From: Gemmatimonadota bacterium
GTDB taxonomy: Bacteria > Gemmatimonadota > Gemmatimonadetes > Palauibacterales > Palauibacteraceae
Direction of reading: 5' to 3'
DNA length: 64,000 nucleotides
Assembly: GCA_965207805.1 (NCBI GenBank)
Contig: OZ242312.1
Span: 1,471,580 to 1,535,579 of the forward strand
Positions within the stretch are counted from its first letter, which is position 1, and each line of letters opens with the position of its first letter. A model generated the notes under the pieces. It was given only the letters and a program-made list of their open reading frames with translations. It was not told the origin of the DNA and ran no database searches. Of the stretch, positions 55,080 to 62,525 are shown piece by piece. Made by a program: the position numbers and the translations under genes.

Positions 55080-55129
55080 ACCCGCCGACCGCGCGGCACA
55101 TCGCGCCGCCGGGCGCGTGTCGTCGCGGC

Positions 55130-55573
55130 ATGCCCATCGCCGCCGCGATGCTTGCGTTGGGCTGCGGCGGAGAAGGGGGAGCCGCGAACGCGGCGGCCAG
55201 CCCGGCCAGTGCGGCCGCCGCACTGGAAGCGGCCGCTCCCGCCCCGGAGCGGGACCTTTCGGCCGTATACGCGGCCGAGGCGGTCGACGTGGCCCTGCTC
55301 GAGTACGCGATCGGCATGCCGTCGCGGCTGCCGGCGGGCCCCACGGTGCTCCGCCTCAGCAACCAGGGCTTCGAGATGCATAACCTGAAGCTCGTGGACC
55401 CCGCGAGCGGGGACGTGCTCTGGGAGACGGAGGCGGATGTGAACACCGGAGAGGTCCGTCTCGTCGAACTCGATCTCTCTCCCGGGAGCTACACGGTCGT
55501 GTGCGACGTCGCCGGCCACGACAGCCGAGGGATGCTCATGACGCTCACCGTGGAGGCATCGCCGGCCCCCTGA
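55130..55573 (+). CDS. cupredoxin-like (type-1 copper-site-like) putative lipoprotein
   Basis: MPIAAAMLALGCGG has a lipobox-like sequence. The C-terminal domain carries H (EMHNL) plus C-x4-H-x4-M (VVCDVAGHDSRGM), the blue-copper ligand pattern. The true start may be upstream (in-frame GTG at 55025), which would add the basic n-region ...ACRRG. Confidence 0.65.
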   Translation: MPIAAAMLALGCGGEGGAANAAASPASAAAALEAAAPAPERDLSAVYAAEAVDVALLEYAIGMPSRLPAGPTVLRLSNQGFEMHNLKLVDPASGDVLWETEADVNTGEVRLVELDLSPGSYTVVCDVAGHDSRGMLMTLTVEASPAP

Positions 55574-55634
55574 CCACCAACCCCTCACCGTCCGGCCAAC
55601 CCTGAGGCCTGCCTAACCGGAAGGAGCGACCGGC

Positions 55635-56819
55635 TTGTACCTGAGATACGTGCCCCCGATGGGGATCTACGAGACTCTCTACGCCTTCCTGGGGGCCTTC
55701 GGCACCTACATGGGGGAGCCCGGCACGAACCCGTGGAGCCAGGGATTCCCGCGGACGGTCGCCCTGCCGGGCGGGCCGGCGCTTCCATCGACCGTGACGG
55801 TGACCTCCGAGCACCGAAAATATCCCAAGGCGTGGGGGCTCCCGGCGCTTCGGGAGGCGATCGCGGCCTATTACCGGCGGTCGTACGGCGTCGAGATCAC
55901 GGCGGAGAACGTGATGGTATTCGCGGGCGGGCGTCCCGCGATCGTGGCGCTTCTTCTCTTCCTCGAACCCGATATCGAGGTCCGCCTCGCGTCCACCGAA
56001 TACACCCCGTACTACGACGTCCTCGAGCGGTTGCGGCGCCCCTATCACCTCGTCCACAGCGGCGTGGACAACGGGTTCCGACCGCCGGTCTCGGCCTACA
56101 CGGCTCCGCGAGAGGGGCGCACCCTGATGCTGCTGAGCAATCCGTGCAATCCGACCGGTGTGACGCGGACCGGGGACGAACTCGCGGCGCTCGTCGCGGC
56201 CAGCGCGCAGGATGGCCTGGGGCTCCTCGTCGACGAGGCCTACGAGCTTCTCCACGACGAGCCGGTGAGCGCCCTCGCGCACGTGGACGACATCGAGTGC
56301 GGCAACCTGTTCGTCGTCGGCGCCGCCACGAAGGGCCTGCAGGCGCCCGGCATCCGCATCGGATGGGCCGTGGCGGCGAAGCGGCACATCGACGTGCTCG
56401 CGAACTTCTCCTCTTTCGGGATGGGCGGCGTGTCCCACCCGTCACAGTGCTACGCGGTCGAACTCCTGGACCCCGAGCGCATGCTACACGTCCGGGAAGC
56501 CGTCCCCGCCTTCTATGCCATGCAGCGCGAGCGCTACGGGCGGGCCTTCGAGGATCTCGGCCTCGACCTCTTCTCGGGCGATGGCGGCTTCTACCACTGG
56601 TGCCGACTGCCGAACGGCTGGACCGCCGAGCAGTTGAACGAGCGCCTCTTCACGCGCGGGGCCGCGATCCTCAAGGGCACCGACTGCGACATGGAGCGCC
56701 TCGGCGACGACTCGCCGCTGTCGAGCTTCTTCCGCTTCTCCTTCGGCCCGCTCGCCCCGGAGTCGTTCGAGGCGGACATCGCCCTTTTTGGCGAGACGCT
56801 AAGCGAGATGCGATCCTGA
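55635..56819 (+). CDS. class I/II PLP-dependent aminotransferase
   Basis: The TTG start has an AAGGAG 8 nt upstream. Motifs LLSNPCNPTG and ATKGLQAPGIRIGW (PLP lysine) are present. Substrate is unknown. Confidence 0.8.
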   Translation: MYLRYVPPMGIYETLYAFLGAFGTYMGEPGTNPWSQGFPRTVALPGGPALPSTVTVTSEHRKYPKAWGLPALREAIAAYYRRSYGVEITAENVMVFAGGRPAIVALLLFLEPDIEVRLASTEYTPYYDVLERLRRPYHLVHSGVDNGFRPPVSAYTAPREGRTLMLLSNPCNPTGVTRTGDELAALVAASAQDGLGLLVDEAYELLHDEPVSALAHVDDIECGNLFVVGAATKGLQAPGIRIGWAVAAKRHIDVLANFSSFGMGGVSHPSQCYAVELLDPERMLHVREAVPAFYAMQRERYGRAFEDLGLDLFSGDGGFYHWCRLPNGWTAEQLNERLFTRGAAILKGTDCDMERLGDDSPLSSFFRFSFGPLAPESFEADIALFGETLSEMRS

Positions 56820-56850
56820 GAGCCGGCGACCGAAAACAGGAGGACGTTCG

Positions 56851-57984
56851 ATGACGATGACGCGACGTGAATTCGCGGGGAGCTCGCTCGCCGTCGCGGG
56901 GGCGGCGGCGCTCCCGGCCGCGGGGGCCGCGGGATGCGCGGGAGAACCCCCACCCTCGACCGATTCCCCGGGGACCGCGGCCGAACGCGCAGCCCGGCCC
57001 GGGCGGCTGCTCATCCTGGGCGGCACCGGCTTCATCGGCCCGCACATGGTGCGGCACGCCCTCGCGCGGGGACACCAGGTCACGCTCTTCAACCGCGGGC
57101 GCACGAACCCCGGTCTCTTTCCCGGCGTCGAGACCCTCATCGGAGACCGCGACGGGGCGCTCGACGCGCTGCGGGGGAAGGAATGGGACTACGTCATCGA
57201 CAACAGCGGCTACGTCCCGCGGCTGGTGCGCGACTCGGGCAACCTCCTGCGCGATGCCGTCGGCCGGTACCTGTTCACCTCCACCGGCTCCGTGTACGAC
57301 TTCGATCAGGACGAACTGCCGGAAGATGCCCGGCTGCTCGAGGTGACGGATCCCGAGAGCGAGGATGTCGGGCGGTACTATGGGGAGTTGAAGGTGATGT
57401 GCGAGGAGGCGGTGCAGGAGATCTATGGCGAGCGCGGCACCGTCACCCGCCTGCACGTCGTCGCGGGCCCGGGAGACCCCACCGACCGCTTCACGTACTG
57501 GCCGGTCCGGATCCATCGCGGCGGCGAGGTGATCGCGCCGGGCGACATGGACAACCCCGTGCAGTTCATCGACGTGCGGGATCTGGCCGAGTTCTGCATG
57601 CACCTGCTGGAGGAGGCCACCGGCGGGATCTTCAATGTCGCCGGGCCGACGCTCGACAAGACCCGCATGGACGAGTTCCTGTACGGGATCCGCGCGACCG
57701 TCACGACACCCGTGTCGTTCACGTGGGTGGACGAGGACTTCCTCCGGAACCGGGAGCCGCCCGCACGCTTTCCGCTCTGGTACTCGCATCGCGGCCCTGC
57801 GCGGGGGCTGGCGCAGGTCCGCTCGCAGCGGGGCGTCGAGGCGGGCCTGCGTTTCCGCCCGCTCGCGGTCACGGCGCGCGAGACGCTGGACTGGTTCCTC
57901 GGCGAGCCCGAGGAACGCCGGTCGCAACTTCAGTTGAACCTCGAGCGCGATGCCGACCTGCTCGCGGAGTGGAAGAGCCTGTAG
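56851..57984 (+). CDS. Tat-signal, lipobox-bearing NAD(P)-binding Rossmann protein (epimerase/dehydratase-like SDR)
   Basis: MTMTRREFAGSSLAVAGAAALPAAGAAGC (twin-arginine motif plus Cys) is followed by LILGGTGFIGPHMVRHAL (GxxGxxG). AGGAGGA lies upstream of the ATG. Confidence 0.75.
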   Translation: MTMTRREFAGSSLAVAGAAALPAAGAAGCAGEPPPSTDSPGTAAERAARPGRLLILGGTGFIGPHMVRHALARGHQVTLFNRGRTNPGLFPGVETLIGDRDGALDALRGKEWDYVIDNSGYVPRLVRDSGNLLRDAVGRYLFTSTGSVYDFDQDELPEDARLLEVTDPESEDVGRYYGELKVMCEEAVQEIYGERGTVTRLHVVAGPGDPTDRFTYWPVRIHRGGEVIAPGDMDNPVQFIDVRDLAEFCMHLLEEATGGIFNVAGPTLDKTRMDEFLYGIRATVTTPVSFTWVDEDFLRNREPPARFPLWYSHRGPARGLAQVRSQRGVEAGLRFRPLAVTARETLDWFLGEPEERRSQLQLNLERDADLLAEWKSL

Positions 57985-58018
57985 GGGCCATTCGAGGTCG
58001 TCGGTCGGCCGATCACGC

Positions 58019-58047
58019 TTGTTCCATATGATAGCAATTGCTATCAT
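58019..58047 (+). promoter_or_regulatory. candidate promoter with an overlapping 20-bp perfect palindrome (probable TA operator)
   Basis: TTGTTC (58019-58024), a 17-nt spacer, then TATCAT (58042-58047). ATGATAGCAATTGCTATCAT (58028-58047) is its own reverse complement. The element ends 38 nt before the antitoxin ATG. Confidence 0.55.
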
Positions 58048-58085
58048 CGCGCGTCGGTTCCTGTCTCGATCGAACGAGAGGCAAG

Positions 58086-58310
58086 ATGGAAAAGGTGCAG
58101 ATCAACGTCCGGGTGGATGCCGCGGTGAAGAACGCGGTGGAGGGATACTGCAGACCGCGGGGCGTCGCCATGAATCACTTCGTGCAGGAAGCGCTGCTCG
58201 ATCGCCTGGAAGAGCTCGAGGACATCGAGGATCTGAAGAAGATCAGGCACGAACCTACCCGTCCGTTGGCGGATGTCCTCCGAGAACTCGGTATCGATGG
58301 CTCGTTATGA
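58086..58310 (+). CDS. type II antitoxin (ribbon-helix-helix, RelB/ParD-like)
   Basis: 74 aa. MEKVQINVRVDAAVKNAVEGY looks like the RHH beta-strand and first helix. The tail is acidic. It overlaps the toxin gene by 14 nt. Confidence 0.75.
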   Translation: MEKVQINVRVDAAVKNAVEGYCRPRGVAMNHFVQEALLDRLEELEDIEDLKKIRHEPTRPLADVLRELGIDGSL

Positions 58311-58557
58311 GATCGAGATTTCGCGAACGGCGGAAAAACAGCTTCGCACGCTTCCCCGCTCGGATCGGCAGCGGGTGGCGCGCAAGATGTCGAGCCTGGC
58401 GCACGACCCGTACCCGCAGGGAACCAGGAAGCTCGCGGGCTACGAGGATGTCTTTCGCGTGCGCGTGGGACCCTGGCGGATTCTCTACAGCGTCGGCACG
58501 AAGACCCTGATCATCATCATCTTGAAAGTCGGACACCGCGGCGACATCTACCGTTAG
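58297..58557 (+). CDS. type II toxin, RelE/ParE family
   Basis: 86 aa: MARYEIEISRTAEKQLRTLPRSDRQRVARKMSSLAHDPYPQGTRKLAGYEDVFRVRVGPWRILYSV...ILKVGHRGDIYR, the typical RelE/ParE pattern. Confidence 0.88.
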   Translation: MARYEIEISRTAEKQLRTLPRSDRQRVARKMSSLAHDPYPQGTRKLAGYEDVFRVRVGPWRILYSVGTKTLIIIILKVGHRGDIYR

Positions 58558-58603
58558 CGAAGGCTGTCGCCGGCGGGAGGCGCTTCAGACACGAGGGCAT
58601 TCG

Positions 58604-59920
58604 ATGGCGATAACGGGAGCGGGACAGCCCGCGAGCGTGGACCAGTCGGACCGGGTCGTTCCCATTAACCTGCGGCAGAGCGGCCGGACGCCGGTCGAGA
58701 TGCTCATCTCGACCCGGGTCCGGAAGTCGCCGTACTGGCACCTGTCGCACGAGGCGGGCTGCTGGCGGGCCACCACCTACAACCGCGTTTATCACCCGCG
58801 CGGCTACGTGAGACCCCAGGACGGGGGTGCCGCAGTGGAGCACGAGGCGCTCACCCACCGCGTCACGCTGTGGAACGTCGCCGTTGAGCGGCAGATCCGC
58901 GTCAGGGGGCCCGACGCCGAGGCCTTTACCGACTATGTGATCACGCGCGACGCGACGCGGATCGAGCCGATGCGCGCGCGGTACGTCATCCTCTGCAACG
59001 AGCGCGGCGGCATCCTCAACGACCCGGTGCTGCTGCGGCTTGCCGAGGACGAGTTCTGGTTCTCGCTCGCCGACTCCGATCTCCTCTACTGGCTCCAGGG
59101 CGTGAACGTGGGCCTCGGGATGCGGGTGGAGATCGACGAGATCGACGTCTGTCCGCTTCAGATCCAGGGGCCGAGGTCGCTCGATCTCATGGCGGATCTC
59201 GTGGGTGAGGCCGTCAGGGACATCCCCTACTACGGGCTCATGGAAGCGGAGATCGCGGGCTGTTCCGTGGTGATCTCGCAGACCGGATTCTCGGGGGAGA
59301 AGGGCTACGAAATCTATCTCCGCGACGCTACGCTGCACGCGGAGGCACTTTGGCGGGCGGTGTTGGAGGCGGGGGAAGCGCACGAGTTGATGGTCACCGC
59401 CCCGGGGCACCAGCGCCGCATCCAGGCCGGGATTCTGTCGTGGGGGCAGGACATCGACCACGAGACGAGCCCGTTCCAGTGCAACCTCGCCTACCAGGTG
59501 CCGCGCGAGAAGCAGGGCGACTACATCGGGCGGGCGGCGCTGGAGCGCCAGCGGGCCGAAACCGAGGCCGGACGTTCTCCGTTCGCCCTCGTGATGGTGG
59601 GAATGAAGCTCGGCGGCCGGCCGATCGACGACTACGCCCCCGACTTCTGGCATGTGTCACGCGCAGATGGCGGAGATCCCGTGGGATACCTCACGTCTCC
59701 GTGGTACGCACCCGAGTTGGGTGGCAACATCGCGCTTGGATACGTTCCGCCCGCCGACGCCGCCATCGGCACGGAACTCGCCGTGTGGCTCCCGGACGAG
59801 TACGCAAGCGAGCCGGGCAAGCCCGATGCGGCCCGCGTGTGCGAGGTCCCGTTCAGGCCCTCCGCGAACCCGAGCACCCGTGAAGTGGCCTTCGCAGAGG
59901 GCCGCGACGCCGCGATGTAG
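58604..59920 (+). CDS. aminomethyltransferase (GcvT) family protein
   Basis: 438 aa with GcvT-fold features (...WNVAVERQIRVRGPDAEAF..., ...QTGFSGEKGYEIY...). Substrate is unknown. Confidence 0.75.
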   Translation: MAITGAGQPASVDQSDRVVPINLRQSGRTPVEMLISTRVRKSPYWHLSHEAGCWRATTYNRVYHPRGYVRPQDGGAAVEHEALTHRVTLWNVAVERQIRVRGPDAEAFTDYVITRDATRIEPMRARYVILCNERGGILNDPVLLRLAEDEFWFSLADSDLLYWLQGVNVGLGMRVEIDEIDVCPLQIQGPRSLDLMADLVGEAVRDIPYYGLMEAEIAGCSVVISQTGFSGEKGYEIYLRDATLHAEALWRAVLEAGEAHELMVTAPGHQRRIQAGILSWGQDIDHETSPFQCNLAYQVPREKQGDYIGRAALERQRAETEAGRSPFALVMVGMKLGGRPIDDYAPDFWHVSRADGGDPVGYLTSPWYAPELGGNIALGYVPPADAAIGTELAVWLPDEYASEPGKPDAARVCEVPFRPSANPSTREVAFAEGRDAAM

Positions 59921-59959
59921 CCCGGTTCTCGGAGGCGGGCGGCCCGCTGCGGACCCGGC

Positions 59960-62488
59960 CTACGATCTCATGCGGGCGCCGGTGGGGTCGAAGAGCGCGG
60001 CGCCGCCGGCCACGGTGACCGGGAAGGGTTCGTTCATGTAGAGAACCTGGAGTTGCGTTCCGGGAGCGGCGAGTTTCGGCGGGAGGTACGCCATGAGGAG
60101 GTACTTCGCTACGGAGGGACCCATCCCGGCCGACGTCACGCGCGACTCCCGCCCGCGAGCGTCGACGATGCGCTCCCCATCGAGCCCCAGAAGCGGCTCG
60201 TTGCCTCCGGTGGGGAAGCGGGCGAGGTCCGAGGCGTCGGCGTGGTCGTCCATGGTGAGCGTGCGGAGCAGCGCCGCGGGACCCGCCTCCCGGGCCCTCA
60301 GGTAGGCGGCCCGGCCGATGAACTCCGCCGGCTTCACGAGCGGCCGTGCCAGGCCGGCCTCCACCGGCGAGTACTCCGAGGTGAGCTCGGCCCCCATGAG
60401 GGCATAGCCTTTCTCCATGCGGCCCGTCGTGCCGTAGACTCCGGCGCCCACCGGCCGCAGGCCGAACGCCCGGCCCGCCTCCCGCACGGCGTCCCACACC
60501 CGCGTCGCGAGAGTGGCCTCCACGTAGATTTCCCACCCGCTCTCGCCGACATACGAGATCCGGCACATGGTGACCGGAATCCCGTCCAGCGCGACATCGC
60601 GAACGGAGGCGTACGGGAACGCGGCCTGCGACAGGGTCGTCCCGGCGACCTGTTCCACGAGGGCCTCGGCCCCGGGGCCCCATACGCCCAGCGCGCAGAT
60701 CTCCGCCGACCGATCTTCAAAGCGGACGGAGCCGTCGTCCGACAGATGTTTGCGGAACCAGGCCGCGTCCCGCGCCCCGTCGAAGGCGCCGGTGACAACG
60801 CGGAAACGGTCCGCGCCCAGCCGCTGGATCGTGAGGTCGGCCCGGAAGCCGCCGTCCGGCGTCAGCAACGGGGTGTAGATGGACGTCCCGGGCGGCCGGT
60901 CGCACGCGTTGGCCGCGATTCCCTCCAGGTAGGCGAGCGCCCCGGGGCCCGTCACATCGAAGATCTGAAACGCGCCCAGGTCGACGACGCCGACTTTCTC
61001 ACGCAGGTGCAGGTGCTCCGCCTCGATGATGGGAGACCACCAGCGGCGATCCCATTCGTGCGGCCGCGCGGCGACGCCGTACCGTTCGACGAGTGCCGCG
61101 TTCGACTCGTACCACTGCGGCCGTTCCCAGCCGCGCGCCTCGTAGTACACGGCCCCCAGGGCCTCGGTGCGGGCGTGGAGCGCCGAGCGGTGCACGTCGC
61201 GGCAGGACTCCCACTGCTCGCGCGGGTGTACGATCCCGTACGTCTTGTTGAAATGCTCGCGGGCGCGGGCCCGCACATGCCGGCGCGTGCGCTCGTGCGG
61301 CTGGAAGCGGGTGACGTCCGATTCGTGCGGGTCGCAGAGGCGGGGATGGCCGTCCGTGATCCACTCGGCGAGGAGTCGCGCCGCCCCCGGACCCTCCTTG
61401 ATCCAGACCGCCGCCGCGGACCACAGGTTCGCCACCTCGGCGGTCTCTCCCAGCACCGGGTGCGCGTCCGGCGTGAGGGAAAGGAGGCCGTTGATCGCGT
61501 ATCCGATCTCGGCGTCCTCGAGCAGCTCTCCCATGATCTCTCGCGCCTGTGCGAGCTGGGGCGCGAAGTCGTCCGGCGTGAATGGTCTCTCCGTGGGGGA
61601 GCGTTCCGGCCCTTCGCCCGCGGGGATGTCCTCCGGGTGCACGAGGATGGGGCGGTGCGCGTACGATCCGACCTCCATCGCTTCGTATTTCTGGCGCTCA
61701 TACATGAAGGCGTCCATGTCGCGCACGATGGGATAACCGATCTCATTGCCGGTCGCGCGGAGGAGGTCGACCGGGCCGAGGTCCGCCATCTGATGGACCG
61801 CCGGCGTGAGCGGAATCGATGCGCCGGCCAGCTCCGCGATGCGAGGGCTCCACACGCCGCACGCGATGACCGCGTGCTCTACCTCGATGCGGCCCCGCGC
61901 GGTGAGGACGGCCCGCAGTCGGGGGCGCCCGAAGGGTCGGGACTCGACCTCGAGTCCCGTCACCTCGGTGTGGTCCAGGATCGTGAGCACTCCCCGGGAA
62001 AGGGCCCGCTCCCGCATCATCGTTCCGGCCCGCACCGAGTCGACCACGGACACGGACGACATCCAGAAGCCGCCCAGGATGACGTCAGGATTCACGAACG
62101 GGATCCGTTCCGCCACCTCGCCCGGCGAAAGCAGCTCGGCGTCGATGCCCCACGCGCGCGCCGAGGTCATGCGCCGCCGCAGTTCCTCCATCCGCGCCTC
62201 CGTGCGGGCGACCTCGACGCCACCGCACGTCGTCTGCACCCCGAGCGCCTCGTACTGGCGCTGACTCTCCAGCGTCAGCATCGCGACCTCGCGGTTGTGG
62301 TCGGTGGGGAAGATGAAGTTCGACGCGTGGCCGGTGGAGCCGCCGGGATCGGGCAGGGGGCCCTTGTCGAGGAGGACGAGGTCGTCCCAGCCCAGCCTGG
62401 CGAGGTGCTCGACAAGGCAGCTGCCGACGATGCCGGCCCCGATGACGGCGATGCTCGCCGCCGCCGGCTGTGACGCGCGTTCGCTCAC
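59960..62488 (-). CDS. FAD-dependent oxidoreductase fused to a GcvT domain (dimethylglycine/sarcosine dehydrogenase family)
   Basis: 842 aa. The N-terminal IAVIGAGIVGSCLVEHL is a DAO-type FAD fold; the C-terminal half is aminomethyltransferase-like (...SYVGESGWEIY...). Confidence 0.85.
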   Translation of the reverse strand: MSERASQPAAASIAVIGAGIVGSCLVEHLARLGWDDLVLLDKGPLPDPGGSTGHASNFIFPTDHNREVAMLTLESQRQYEALGVQTTCGGVEVARTEARMEELRRRMTSARAWGIDAELLSPGEVAERIPFVNPDVILGGFWMSSVSVVDSVRAGTMMRERALSRGVLTILDHTEVTGLEVESRPFGRPRLRAVLTARGRIEVEHAVIACGVWSPRIAELAGASIPLTPAVHQMADLGPVDLLRATGNEIGYPIVRDMDAFMYERQKYEAMEVGSYAHRPILVHPEDIPAGEGPERSPTERPFTPDDFAPQLAQAREIMGELLEDAEIGYAINGLLSLTPDAHPVLGETAEVANLWSAAAVWIKEGPGAARLLAEWITDGHPRLCDPHESDVTRFQPHERTRRHVRARAREHFNKTYGIVHPREQWESCRDVHRSALHARTEALGAVYYEARGWERPQWYESNAALVERYGVAARPHEWDRRWWSPIIEAEHLHLREKVGVVDLGAFQIFDVTGPGALAYLEGIAANACDRPPGTSIYTPLLTPDGGFRADLTIQRLGADRFRVVTGAFDGARDAAWFRKHLSDDGSVRFEDRSAEICALGVWGPGAEALVEQVAGTTLSQAAFPYASVRDVALDGIPVTMCRISYVGESGWEIYVEATLATRVWDAVREAGRAFGLRPVGAGVYGTTGRMEKGYALMGAELTSEYSPVEAGLARPLVKPAEFIGRAAYLRAREAGPAALLRTLTMDDHADASDLARFPTGGNEPLLGLDGERIVDARGRESRVTSAGMGPSVAKYLLMAYLPPKLAAPGTQLQVLYMNEPFPVTVAGGAALFDPTGARMRS

Positions 62489-62525
62489 GGAGCAGAGTGC
62501 GTGCGTCTGCGACGCCTGCTAAGCG

